From NCBI GenBank assembly GCA_018058135.1, contig JAGPCK010000011.1, positions 6 through 64,005 on the forward strand: 64,000 nt of DNA. Reading direction: 5' to 3'. The notes under the pieces were generated by a model. It was not told where the DNA came from and made no database searches. It saw only the letters and a program-made list of their open reading frames with translations. Of the stretch, positions 54,664 to 64,000 are shown in pieces; the first letter of the stretch is position 1; the number at the start of each line of letters is the position of its first letter. A program made the translations under genes and the position numbers. Origin of the DNA: Bacteroidia bacterium. Its GTDB lineage: Bacteria > Bacteroidota > Bacteroidia > UKL13-3.

Positions 54664-57240
54664 CTACCCTACCTTAATCTTCAATAACCTGTTGCTGTAT
54701 TCCTCGGCCACGCGAAGCTTTTCTTTTACAATCAGGTACTGTGCCTCTCCCTCTTTTAGTTTTTGCAAATCAGCTTTGTGTTGCTGAATTTCTTTTTCCA
54801 TGCGCTCCTGCAATTGGTATATGTTCCCTGATAATACCATCGGCATTAGTCCTTTGCTATCACCTTGTGCTGCATTTTCTAAGAAACGAACACCTTGCTC
54901 CAACGCATCTCCCTGCTGACGTAATAAATAAAAACTATAATAGAAAAATGAGTTGATATCATTCTTGGCATATACTTCTTCAAAAAAAAGTTGTTCGTTT
55001 TCCTTACTGTGTTTTGATAAAATCTCTGCCACTACCGGACGCATGTACGGACTCCGAACAGGCTTATTCAGTCGCGCAATCAGTGTTGCCGTATCGGGTG
55101 ATAACTCAGCCAACACATACAATGCAGCACTTGCAGCGGAGTACGCTGAATCATTGGTACCTGCCAGCAACAACGTTTTCATATCAGGATGAATAATTTT
55201 CTTAAGTGTGTAAAATGCTGTGGCACGTACACCTGCATAAGGATCTCCTACAGCCATCTCTGTAAGTTGACTGCGGTATTTCTGAATGGTAGCTGCTTTG
55301 GTTTGCCCCAGTACATCGAGTGCCTCAAGGCGTAGGTGCCAGCTGTGGTCTTTGATTGCTGCAGCCAGAGATATGCGTTGCAAAGAATCATTGGTCCACT
55401 CAGGGTGCAGTTGCTGAAAAGCCTGCAAACGAATAAGCGCTGAAGTATGCAAGCGGTAAACATTCCACCATTCCTGCTGCGTGCGAACATCATTGCGCGA
55501 ACACAGCAATACCCGCTCCGGATCTGCCAGCACATAATCAGGAACAGTATCCAGCTTAAAGCGATAAACGGCCCTTTCTCCTTTCAGCCATACACGTCCG
55601 CGGGTTACTTTACCTTTCAAACAAAAATCTACATCCACGGGCATACGAAAAAAATTCGCATCTTCGGTTCCGGTTTTTTGCAGCACCGTCAATTTCACTT
55701 CTTTGGTTTCAGGCAGCCAGGTATAAAACGTTTCCAAATCCGGATGCCCTTTACCGTAGAACCACTGATTAAAAAACCAGTTCAAATCTTCGCCTGTTAC
55801 TTCTTCAAAGCATAAACGCAGCTGGTGCATTTCGGCAGTTGAAAATTTATGACGGGTAAGATAAAGCTGCAAGGCTATAAAAAAAGCCTCATCGCCCACA
55901 TAGTTTCGCAGCATGTTCAATATCAAACCACCCTTCTGATAGCTGTGGTTATCGAACATATCGTTAGGGTCTTTGTGGTAAAAACGAATCATCCGCTTTT
56001 TCTCTCTCATGCTCTCGCCCATGAATTGTTGGTAATCGAGCAACTGATGAAAATCGGCCTCGTCTTTCCCGTATTTGTGTTCAATCCACAAGTATTCTCC
56101 GTAAGTCGCAAATGATTCGTTCAAAGGTAAATTGGCCCATGATTCAGCAGTAACCAAATCGCCAAACCAATGATGGAACAACTCATGGGCAATCACATCC
56201 TCGTGGGGGTCATCAATATGTTCGCGGGCATCGTGTTGCAGAAATTCTCCGTGAACCACAGCGCCAGTATTCTCCATGGCTCCGCTCACAAAATCGCGCA
56301 CCACCACTTGTGCAAATTTTTTCCAGGGATAATTTACGCCCAACTTCTTTGAATAAAACTCCAGCATCTCCCGCGTGTTGCCAAAAATAAGTCGGGCATA
56401 GGGTTGGTATTGTTGTTCCAGGTAATAACTTACCTCCACACTATCGCGCCACAATTCTTTGGTTACAGTAAACGGCCCCACCGCTACCATAGCAAGGTAA
56501 GGTGAGTGGGGTAAATCCTGCTTCCAGCAATCGGTACGGGTGCCGTCTTTGTTAAAATTGGAATACATCAACTCCCCATTGGAAAGTGTAACGTCTTTTT
56601 CATTTACGGTGAGGTAAACTTCTTGCGTCATTTTTTCGTTTGGTGAGTCAATGGTGGGGAACCAACAAGAGGCATACTCCGTTTCTCCCTGTGTCCATAT
56701 TTGACGGGGCTTGTCTTTTTCCTTCCCGTCAGCATTAATAAAGTATAACCCTTTCGAATCCGTAATAGCAGCTGAGCCTTTAGCTCCGTTTCGCTCAGGA
56801 AATGCTGTGTAAGCTATGCGCAGTGTAAAAGTTTCGTTATTCCGATAAATTCTGTCTAACTGAATGGTAATTTTTTTGCTGTTGTAACTGTACGCTAAAG
56901 AATCTCTTCTACCGTCAGCACGTAGTAGTTTTATTTCTTTGAGTTCAAAATTTTTAGCATCCAACTCAAGTACATCAGCGGGATAGAAATATGGCCTGAA
57001 ACTAAGGGTGGCCATACCGTTTACCTCCTTCTTTTCATAATTGAAACTCAACTCCAGTTTGGTGTGCAATAAATCATGTACCCTTTTGGCTGATGGTTGG
57101 TATTCTTTTCCCTCGGAGGTAACCTCTTCAGCGGCTTCCTCTACTATTACGGGAGCTGCTGCAGGTTTTGTTTGCTTTGGTGTGTGGCAGGCAGAAAGCA
57201 GCAAAAACGTATAAATAATGAAAAGTGTTCCGTATCTCAT
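54664..57240 (-). CDS. M1-family aminopeptidase lipoprotein with C-terminal HEAT-like repeats
   Basis: GAMEN, HELFHHWFGD-x-NE (HExxH-x18-E) and YQKG; lipobox LSAC; probable start at 57240. Confidence 0.92.
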   Translation of the reverse strand: MRYGTLFIIYTFLLLSACHTPKQTKPAAAPVIVEEAAEEVTSEGKEYQPSAKRVHDLLHTKLELSFNYEKKEVNGMATLSFRPYFYPADVLELDAKNFELKEIKLLRADGRRDSLAYSYNSKKITIQLDRIYRNNETFTLRIAYTAFPERNGAKGSAAITDSKGLYFINADGKEKDKPRQIWTQGETEYASCWFPTIDSPNEKMTQEVYLTVNEKDVTLSNGELMYSNFNKDGTRTDCWKQDLPHSPYLAMVAVGPFTVTKELWRDSVEVSYYLEQQYQPYARLIFGNTREMLEFYSKKLGVNYPWKKFAQVVVRDFVSGAMENTGAVVHGEFLQHDAREHIDDPHEDVIAHELFHHWFGDLVTAESWANLPLNESFATYGEYLWIEHKYGKDEADFHQLLDYQQFMGESMREKKRMIRFYHKDPNDMFDNHSYQKGGLILNMLRNYVGDEAFFIALQLYLTRHKFSTAEMHQLRLCFEEVTGEDLNWFFNQWFYGKGHPDLETFYTWLPETKEVKLTVLQKTGTEDANFFRMPVDVDFCLKGKVTRGRVWLKGERAVYRFKLDTVPDYVLADPERVLLCSRNDVRTQQEWWNVYRLHTSALIRLQAFQQLHPEWTNDSLQRISLAAAIKDHSWHLRLEALDVLGQTKAATIQKYRSQLTEMAVGDPYAGVRATAFYTLKKIIHPDMKTLLLAGTNDSAYSAASAALYVLAELSPDTATLIARLNKPVRSPYMRPVVAEILSKHSKENEQLFFEEVYAKNDINSFFYYSFYLLRQQGDALEQGVRFLENAAQGDSKGLMPMVLSGNIYQLQERMEKEIQQHKADLQKLKEGEAQYLIVKEKLRVAEEYSNRLLKIKVG

Positions 57241-57302
57241 GTTTTGGTTGTTAATTTGAAACCGCACACAAAGAAGGAACAAATCGTTTAAGATTACAAG
57301 TT

Positions 57303-57800
57303 ATGTACAAGGCGCTCGTCAACGGAAAAGAATATTCCATCGAAAAAAAAGAAGATCAGTGGTTCATCAACAATGAGGCCGCCAATATAGAAGTGGCTTT
57401 GCTTCCTGATGGTACCCGACATGTGTTGTTTAACCATGGCTCGTACCACGTAGAGTTGTTGGGCAGCGATGAAACAACTAAACTGCACACTTTAAAAATA
57501 AACGGTAAAAAAATAGAGGTAAGTGTAAAAGATCATTTCGACCAATTGCTGGCTCAACTGGGTATGGATAATCTGAGTGCAGCCAAGATGAATGATATTA
57601 AAGCCCCGATGCCAGGCATGGTTTTAAGTGTGCTGGTAAAAGCCGGACAAACCATCGAAAAGGGTGAACCTTTGCTGGTGCTCGAAGCCATGAAAATGGA
57701 AAACATACTCAAATCACCCGGCTCAGGCGTTATCAAAAAAGTGGCTGTTGCCGCTCAGGATAAAGTAGAAAAAAATCAGGTACTCATTTCTCTGGAGTGA
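57303..57800 (+). CDS. Biotin carboxyl carrier protein subunit
   Basis: APMPG and biotinylation motif EAMKM. Confidence 0.92.
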   Translation: MYKALVNGKEYSIEKKEDQWFINNEAANIEVALLPDGTRHVLFNHGSYHVELLGSDETTKLHTLKINGKKIEVSVKDHFDQLLAQLGMDNLSAAKMNDIKAPMPGMVLSVLVKAGQTIEKGEPLLVLEAMKMENILKSPGSGVIKKVAVAAQDKVEKNQVLISLE

Positions 57801-58117
57801 TGTATGTGCGAATACTTCTTTTGTGGTTGCTGCTGGGAACAGGCCTTTGTTCCTTTGCACAAAACAATGACTCCTTAGCTAACGGCAAACACCGGTACTA
57901 TTTCTCCAATGGACAACTGAAACTCGAAAACAGGTTCAAAAACAAACTGGCCAGCGGTACCTGGAAATACTACAACGAGAAAGGACAATTAATCAAGCAG
58001 GAAAAATACCGCAAGGGCCATTTAAAATGGACCTTTCATTACAATGAACGGGGCCGCCTCATTCGCATCATTGATAAAAAAGGGAAAGAAACTAAAAAAA
58101 GCGACTGCGGATGTTAA
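57797..58117 (+). CDS. Small exported MORN-variant repeat protein
   Basis: Signal peptide; [19 protein letters not shown] and YNERGRL repeats. Confidence 0.7.
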   Translation: MMYVRILLLWLLLGTGLCSFAQNNDSLANGKHRYYFSNGQLKLENRFKNKLASGTWKYYNEKGQLIKQEKYRKGHLKWTFHYNERGRLIRIIDKKGKETKKSDCGC

Positions 58118-58218
58118 GCGCACCTGCTGTGGTTTGGCGAGGGCACCAACCACTTACAGAACCTTAAGCTCAGCGAAACTAAATCAGTGCAATCAGTGGC
58201 TGCAAAAAAACTAAAGCA

Positions 58219-60507
58219 TTATTCTTTCGACTGCGCATCCACCACGGCAATAGTAATCATGTTGATGATTTCTCTTACTGTGCTGCCCAGTTGAAGTATG
58301 TGCACCGACTTGCGCAAACCCAGCAGTACCGGCCCGATTGCTTCAGCGTTGCCTAATTCCTGCAACAACTTATACGCAATATTACCTGCGGAAAGTTTAG
58401 GGAAAATAAACGTATTGGCCGGCTCACCACATAAAGCACTGAACGGGAAATTTTCCTGCAGCAGTTTTTTATTCAACGCAAAATTAGCCTGCATGTCTCC
58501 ATCCACAATCATATCTGGATATCGTTGGCGCAGCATGTGCACAGCATTTTGAACTTTAGTTGGTGTTTCTCCTTTCACACTTCCAAAATTGGAATAAGAC
58601 AACATGGCAATGCGTGGCTTTATATTAAACTTCTGTACCTCTTTTGCCGTCAACGCGGTTATTTCTACCAGATCTTCTGTTGAGGGGTCTACGTTAATCG
58701 TAGTGTCGGCAAAGAATAAGGTGCCTTTTTTGGTAAGCATAATGTACATACCGGCTACTTTAGTGGCTCCGTCTTCCTTACCAAACACGTGCAGGGCCGG
58801 ACGAATGGTGTTGGCATAACTGCGGGTTAATCCTGATATCAAAGCATCACCCTCACCGCACTCTACCATCATGCTTCCAAAATAATTGCGTTCCCGCATT
58901 AGCTTTTTGGCATCGTATAAAGTCATGCCTTTACGCTGACGTTTTTTCCATAACAACTCAGCAAATGCATTTCGTTTTTCTTCCAGCTCCTGTGTAAGCG
59001 GATCTATAATGAGTGTTTCTCCCAGGTCAAGATTATTCTCTGCGAGTATCTGTTCAATCTTTTTACGACTACCTAAAAGAATAGGTTCACACAATCCTTC
59101 ATCACGCGAAATTTGTGCTGCCTTTAATATTTTGTAATTATCTGCCTCAGCAAATACCACTCGTTTAGGATTTGATTTTGCCTTTTGTGTGATGGCTGTA
59201 ATAAACTTATTCTCGTGCCCCAGACGGCTGCGCAATTCTTGTTCGTAAGCATCCCAGTCGGTAATGGGGTGTTTGGCTACACCACTATCCATAGCCGCTT
59301 TTGCAACTGCAGGTGCAACCGTATAAATTAAACGCGGGTCAATGGGTTTGGGAATAATATATGTTTTGCCAAACGTTACATTTTTTTCGTTGTAAGCCAG
59401 ATTCACAATTTCAGGAACGGGTTCATGCGCTAAAGCAGCAATAGCACGCACAGCAGCCAGTTTCATTTCTTCATTAATAGTGGTGGCACGAACATCCAAA
59501 GCTCCTCTGAAAATATACGGAAAGCCCAGTACGTTGTTCACCTGATTGGGATAATCACTTCGGCCGGTAGCCATCACAATATCTTCCCGTGCAGCTATAG
59601 CTTCATTGTACTCAATCTCCGGATCAGGATTGGCCATTGCAAATACAACAGGATCTTTAGCCATAGAACGCAACATATCGGCATTGAGCACATTGCCTTT
59701 AGAGAGCCCTACAAACACATCAGCATCTTTCATAGCCTCTTCCAATGTGTTAATGTTGCGGGTAGTGGCAAATTCCTTTTTAGTAATATCCAAATTAGGG
59801 CTATCGGTTCTGATAACGCCTTTACTATCGAGCATCACAATGTTTTCCTTCTTCACTCCCAGGCTCACAAACAAACGGGTACACGATATGGCAGAAGCAC
59901 CCGCACCGTTCACAACCAGTTTTATTTTATCAATTTTCTTTTTAACTACTATCAGTGCATTTAACAAAGCCGCACCACTAATAATAGCTGTGCCGTGCTG
60001 GTCGTCATGCATCACCGGAATATTTAATTCCTCTTTCAACCTGCGTTCAATTTCAAAACACTCCGGTGCTTTAATATCTTCCAGATTTACTCCGCCAAAT
60101 GTGGGCTCAAGTATTTTTACCGTGCGTACAAATTCATCCACATCTTTGGTGTTCAACTCCAGATCAAACACATCAATATCCGCAAATATTTTAAACAGGA
60201 TTCCTTTACCTTCCATCACGGGTTTTGATGCTTCCGGTCCTATATCTCCCAAACCCAGCACTGCTGTTCCGTTGGAAATTACAGCCACCAGATTACCCTT
60301 AATGGTGTACTTGTATACGTCTTCCACGTTTGCGGCAATTTCCAAACAAGGCTCTGCCACACCCGGTGAATAGGCCAAACTTAAATCGCGCTTGGTGTTT
60401 GTGGGTTTGGTAGAGACTACTTCTATTTTCCCCGGACGGCCTTTAGTGTGATAAGCCAGTGCATCTTTCTTTAAATTCTCTGCTGAACTATTTTGGTTGT
60501 TGCTCAT
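58219..60507 (-). CDS. maeB: NADP-dependent malic enzyme with PTA-like C-terminal domain
   Basis: AYSPGVA, GKGILFK, NLEDI, HDDQHGT, GAGASA and GRSDYPNQVNN motifs; 762 aa. Confidence 0.96.
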   Translation of the reverse strand: MSNNQNSSAENLKKDALAYHTKGRPGKIEVVSTKPTNTKRDLSLAYSPGVAEPCLEIAANVEDVYKYTIKGNLVAVISNGTAVLGLGDIGPEASKPVMEGKGILFKIFADIDVFDLELNTKDVDEFVRTVKILEPTFGGVNLEDIKAPECFEIERRLKEELNIPVMHDDQHGTAIISGAALLNALIVVKKKIDKIKLVVNGAGASAISCTRLFVSLGVKKENIVMLDSKGVIRTDSPNLDITKKEFATTRNINTLEEAMKDADVFVGLSKGNVLNADMLRSMAKDPVVFAMANPDPEIEYNEAIAAREDIVMATGRSDYPNQVNNVLGFPYIFRGALDVRATTINEEMKLAAVRAIAALAHEPVPEIVNLAYNEKNVTFGKTYIIPKPIDPRLIYTVAPAVAKAAMDSGVAKHPITDWDAYEQELRSRLGHENKFITAITQKAKSNPKRVVFAEADNYKILKAAQISRDEGLCEPILLGSRKKIEQILAENNLDLGETLIIDPLTQELEEKRNAFAELLWKKRQRKGMTLYDAKKLMRERNYFGSMMVECGEGDALISGLTRSYANTIRPALHVFGKEDGATKVAGMYIMLTKKGTLFFADTTINVDPSTEDLVEITALTAKEVQKFNIKPRIAMLSYSNFGSVKGETPTKVQNAVHMLRQRYPDMIVDGDMQANFALNKKLLQENFPFSALCGEPANTFIFPKLSAGNIAYKLLQELGNAEAIGPVLLGLRKSVHILQLGSTVREIINMITIAVVDAQSKE

Positions 60508-60516
60508 TTGGCAATA

Positions 60517-61224
60517 TTAGAAATTAGGCGATAAAGCATATTTAGTATAAAATTCATTGATATAGGCTACACATTCATCGGCTGTATCAACTACTTTAAA
60601 GAGATCAAGGTCTTTGGCATTAATATTATTTTCCTGCTCCAGCATTACTTTTTTAATCCAGTCAATCAACCCTCCCCAGAATTCACTTCCAACCAATACA
60701 ATGGGAAATTTGGCAATCTTTTGTGTTTGTATAAGTGTGAGCGCCTCGAACAGTTCATCCATGGTACCAAAGCCACCGGGCAACACCACAAATCCTTGCG
60801 CATATTTTACAAACATTACTTTACGAACAAAAAAGTAATCGAAGTGAATGAGTTTATCGTAATCAATGTAAGGGTTATGACTTTGTTCAAAAGGTAAATC
60901 TATATTAAGACCAACGGATTTGCCATTGTTGTCTTTGGCTCCTTTGTTTCCGGCCTCCATAATACCCGGGCCTCCACCGGTAATCACACCAAAACCATTT
61001 TCTGAAAGTTTAGCGGCAATCTCTTCAGCCAGTTTAAAGTATTTGTTATCAGGTTTGGTTCTTGCTGAACCGAATATGGAAACACAAGGACCTATTTTCG
61101 ACAGTTTTTCAAAACCGCTCACAAACTCCGACATGATTTTAAATATGGCCCAGGAGTCGGAGATTTTAATTTCGGGCCAACGTTTGTTTTCAAAAGCCCT
61201 GCGGATACGTTCGTCTTCGTTCAT
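60517..61224 (-). CDS. LOG-family (TIGR00730-type) protein
   Basis: FGSAR, TGGGPGIMEA and PGGFGTMDE motifs. Confidence 0.92.
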   Translation of the reverse strand: MNEDERIRRAFENKRWPEIKISDSWAIFKIMSEFVSGFEKLSKIGPCVSIFGSARTKPDNKYFKLAEEIAAKLSENGFGVITGGGPGIMEAGNKGAKDNNGKSVGLNIDLPFEQSHNPYIDYDKLIHFDYFFVRKVMFVKYAQGFVVLPGGFGTMDELFEALTLIQTQKIAKFPIVLVGSEFWGGLIDWIKKVMLEQENNINAKDLDLFKVVDTADECVAYINEFYTKYALSPNF

Positions 61225-61380
61225 GTTTACGCGTTTTAAAAAGCATACAAATTAAATGTTTTTTTCTGAAGCGAGAGCGGTAAAAACAAAGCCCTTTACT
61301 ATCAAAGTTTTACCCCCATTTTTATTTGGTAGAATAAACCAATGCCTTTACCTTTAATCTATATTTCAAATATTTTAGCC

Positions 61381-61851
61381 ATGAAAAAAATAATGCTTTT
61401 TCTTACCCTGATATGCAGCATAGTGCTGGTTCAGGCTCAACAACCCAAACCCGGAAAACCTCATGCCCATCACCCCAAAGGTAATCCGATGGAAAAAATT
61501 GACAAGCGCATTGCACAAATGACCAAGCAGTACAACCTCAATGAAGCTCAACAAAAGCAGGTGCGCGAACTGATGGTGAGCAGCGGAGAAAAAATGAAGG
61601 CCGTACGTGAAAAATACAAAGGAGACCGCAAGGCTGCTGCACCTGAAATGAAAATGTTACGTCAGGAGTACCACACAAAATTAAAAACCATATTAACTCC
61701 GGAACAATATGCCAAATGGAAAGCAGACGCCAAGGCACGCCATGAAAAAATGAAAATGAAAAGAGAACAAAAAATGCAAGACAAGGCTCCTGCACCATCA
61801 CCCGTAAAAGAAGGCGATGACGATGATGATTTGAATATTCTTGAAGACTAA
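61381..61851 (+). CDS. Hypothetical periplasmic helical protein (Spy/CpxP-like LTxxQ repeats)
   Basis: Signal peptide; LNEAQ and LTPEQ motifs; Lys/Met-rich. Confidence 0.75.
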   Translation: MKKIMLFLTLICSIVLVQAQQPKPGKPHAHHPKGNPMEKIDKRIAQMTKQYNLNEAQQKQVRELMVSSGEKMKAVREKYKGDRKAAAPEMKMLRQEYHTKLKTILTPEQYAKWKADAKARHEKMKMKREQKMQDKAPAPSPVKEGDDDDDLNILED

Positions 61852-61866
61852 CTTTTTCAGGTAACA

Positions 61867-61904
61867 ATAAAAAAGCAGCACAAAAAATTGTGCTGCTTTT
61901 TTAT
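61867..61904. terminator. Bidirectional intrinsic terminator
   Basis: ATAAAAAAGCAGCACAA-N4-TTGTGCTGCTTTTTTAT between convergent ORFs. Confidence 0.85.
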
Positions 61905-62104
61905 TGCGGGTGATTATAGCTTCTGAAAATAAATGTGAGAATGTACCTGTCATTTGCAATATGATTCTGAACAATGTTTTCGATGTACATTCCGTCATCA
62001 AATAAATAATCCAATTCAGGGTAGAGTTTAACAAACGATTTATCCTGTGCTGTTGCTCCGGCAGGGATATCTGCAAAAACAGTTACTACTTTTTGTGCAT
62101 TCAT
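61901..62104 (-). CDS. Small hypothetical protein, 67 aa
   Basis: ATG-started ORF fills the gap and ends at the bidirectional terminator. Confidence 0.55.
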   Translation of the reverse strand: MNAQKVVTVFADIPAGATAQDKSFVKLYPELDYLFDDGMYIENIVQNHIANDRYILTFIFRSYNHPQ

Positions 62105-62262
62105 ATTTTTAATATTGAGTGATAAAGGTAACCCTGTTTACTGCGCTATGATTCCACACCTGTGAAAACTACAACATCTGTCTTTAGATGTGTAACACTA
62201 CCTGCAAATTTCCTGACCACCTTTGCTGAGTGAAAACTAATTCACCGCTTAAGCGAAAATTA

Positions 62263-63507
62263 ATGAACCCATTCAGCCGATATTTTTTATTAACCTTTTC
62301 CACTGTGTTGTGGTCTGCTTGTCTTTTTGCACAATCGCCACCATTAGGCAGCACTATAAATTTTATACTCTTCTCCTCAAGTGGTGCGGTGTCAAACGCG
62401 GGAAACACTGTTTTAACGGGAGATGTGGGAACTAACAGCGGTACACCAACAGGCTTTGATACATCTTTAGTAAACGGAACGGTTCACTTAAGTCCCAACG
62501 CTGCAACCGCTCAATGTGCCACAGATTTGGGTTTGTTATTTGCCTACCTTGACAGTCTGCCGCACGATAGTCAACTGGCTAACCCCGCAACTTTTGGCAA
62601 CAGCATGGTACTTACTGCGCGCGTGTATTACCTGAATGCTGCAACCGTGATGACCGATACTTTATTCCTGGATGCACAAAACAACTCCACTGCTGTATTT
62701 GTCATCAAAGTGAACGGTGCTCTAACAACAAGTAAACACGCACATGTTGTTTTGCGTAATGGTGCGCAAGCCAAAAACGTGTATTGGAAAATAGAAGGTG
62801 CAGCCACCATCATGGACTCCTCCTATTTTAAAGGAACACTGGTATGCCATACAGGAGCCATTTCCATCAAAAACGGAACACACTTAGATGGCCGTGCCCT
62901 CACTACCAGTGGTGCGGTTGATGTAACGTCTAACATGTCCAACATACCATTACCGGTAACGTTACTTCAATTTTCTGCCTCTGCATCAAACGGTCAAGTG
63001 TACCTTAGTTGGGTAACTGCAACAGAAAACAACAACCATTTTTTCAGCGTTCAAAATTCAGATGATGGAATGTTGTTTAACGATATTGCCATTATAAATG
63101 GAGCAGGAAACAGTCTTGAGCCTGTTTATTATTCAACAGTTGATTATTCGCCACTTAATGGCCTTTCTTACTACCGCCTGAAACAAACAGATTTTAACGG
63201 CAGCTTTAAATATCTGAAAACAATACCTGTACAAATACGGACTTCAAATTTTGCAAGCATCAGTTTATTCCCTAACCCCGCAAGCAACAATGTAACAACA
63301 TTGATTGTTGAAGGAGAGAAGGGCCACTCTGTTCTTGTTGAGTTAACTGATATAACAGGCAAAATACATTACTCTGCAAACTCACTTATAGAAAGCGACA
63401 AGCATATATTAACTATCCCATTGAACAAACTGAAGACAAAAGGAACATATCTGGTATGCGTTTCGGGCAACACCAACCGTTACTTCAAAAGACTAATAGT
63501 TCAGTAA
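62263..63507 (+). CDS. DUF3494 (ice-binding-type) protein with T9SS C-terminal domain
   Basis: GAVSNAG..LTGDVG, LDAQ..AVFVIK, NGAQAKNVYW and GRALT motifs; CTD (FPNPA..GTYLV); probable start at ATG 62263. Confidence 0.85.
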   Translation: MNPFSRYFLLTFSTVLWSACLFAQSPPLGSTINFILFSSSGAVSNAGNTVLTGDVGTNSGTPTGFDTSLVNGTVHLSPNAATAQCATDLGLLFAYLDSLPHDSQLANPATFGNSMVLTARVYYLNAATVMTDTLFLDAQNNSTAVFVIKVNGALTTSKHAHVVLRNGAQAKNVYWKIEGAATIMDSSYFKGTLVCHTGAISIKNGTHLDGRALTTSGAVDVTSNMSNIPLPVTLLQFSASASNGQVYLSWVTATENNNHFFSVQNSDDGMLFNDIAIINGAGNSLEPVYYSTVDYSPLNGLSYYRLKQTDFNGSFKYLKTIPVQIRTSNFASISLFPNPASNNVTTLIVEGEKGHSVLVELTDITGKIHYSANSLIESDKHILTIPLNKLKTKGTYLVCVSGNTNRYFKRLIVQ

Positions 63508-63720
63508 TTCATGTATTAGGTTTGTTAGACTGGCGGGGTGCTTTTCTTAGGAAGGGTGCCCTGCTTTTTATATGATACTACCTCAACAAAAAATCTATAC
63601 CCGTCATATTTAACCGTGAATTATGTAATTCCTATTCAGATGGATGTAACGATTAAAAATGCCTCCCATCAGACCTTTGTGGGGTAAAATATTTTTACAC
63701 TAATTAACTATATACAGTAC

Positions 63721-64000
63721 ATGAAAATCAAGAAAATTTTAACAACGCTTGTCATTGCATCCGTTGTATTAATCGCAGCTTGCAAAAAAGACAATTTTGA
63801 AGAAATTGTCGGAGTATGCCCGCTCGTAGTTGCCACCAGCCCGGTAGCTAATGCTACGGCTGTCTCTACAGGGAAAGTTGTAACCGTAACCTTTAACGAG
63901 AGAATGGACCCCGCAACAATTAACAAGGCCACCTTTACACTTAAAGGTGCAACACGCGTAGAAGGAACCGTAACTTATGACGATCTTACCAAGACCATGA
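63721..64000 (+). CDS. Ig-like-domain lipoprotein, 5' part only (runs off the window)
   Basis: MKIKKILTTLVIASVVLIAAC lipobox, then VVATSP...VTVTFNERMDPATI, open to position 64000. Confidence 0.75.
   Translation, partial: MKIKKILTTLVIASVVLIAACKKDNFEEIVGVCPLVVATSPVANATAVSTGKVVTVTFNERMDPATINKATFTLKGATRVEGTVTYDDLTKTM

Noticed and set aside
59606-60373. 255-aa antisense ORF (and similar shadow ORFs such as 28193..28831, 18625..19134, 20802..21251, 10483..10896)
   Set aside because: Each lies opposite a well-supported gene, has no motif, and has Ser/Thr/Ile-rich antisense-like composition.
1-64000. Transposase, integrase, prophage, rRNA, riboswitch or selenoprotein recoding
   Set aside because: No DDE or tyrosine-recombinase motifs, phage genes, rRNA-like sequence, recognisable aptamer or interrupted conserved ORF were seen. 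A riboswitch cannot be excluded without an Rfam search.

Overview
Bacteroidota chromosomal window, inferred from TAnnTTTG promoters, T9SS C-terminal domains and lipoprotein signal peptides. 1-596: one AT-rich ORF with gene-cassette-like ends. About 0.6-30.6 kb: a low-oxygen/NO-respiration region containing mbnP-mbnH-like genes, nadAB, and a tightly coupled 11-gene minus-strand operon (GT2, rmlC, epimerase, rmlD, tnaA, osmC, tpl, NorC-like cytochrome, non-canonical NorB-like heme-copper oxidoreductase, proline dehydrogenase, queD). The same region holds a Cys-type FNR, a clade II nos cluster (cyt c, nosZ, NosB-NosL fusion, nosDFY), truncated hemoglobin, fasciclin, a second Crp/Fnr, Rrf2, ric and a hemerythrin protein. 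Three families of palindromic operators link these units: TTGAC-N4-GTCAA (3 copies), TTATGAY-N4-GTCATAA (2 copies) and GGACAA-type (2 copies). About 30.6-38.8 kb: an AT-rich TetR/RND efflux island. 39-50.6 kb: two tandem giant T9SS proteins (about 21 GGxF repeats plus PKD stalks) with a ~1.09-kb apparently identical segment, bracketed by a modular dispersed repeat. The rest contains tRNA-Arg(CCG), a pseudouridine synthase, an uncalled 58-aa Cys-rich ORF, miaA, an ABC ATPase, an M1 aminopeptidase, BCCP, maeB, LOG and a DUF3494 ice-binding-type protein. The strongest candidate for a new system is the FNR-box-led operon: it joins Trp/Tyr/Pro catabolism and a rhamnose/glycosyltransferase module to an NO-reductase-like enzyme with His->Asn and His->Met ligand substitutions. 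No CRISPR array, rRNA, transposase or integrase was seen. All family assignments come from motifs read by eye; no searches were run.
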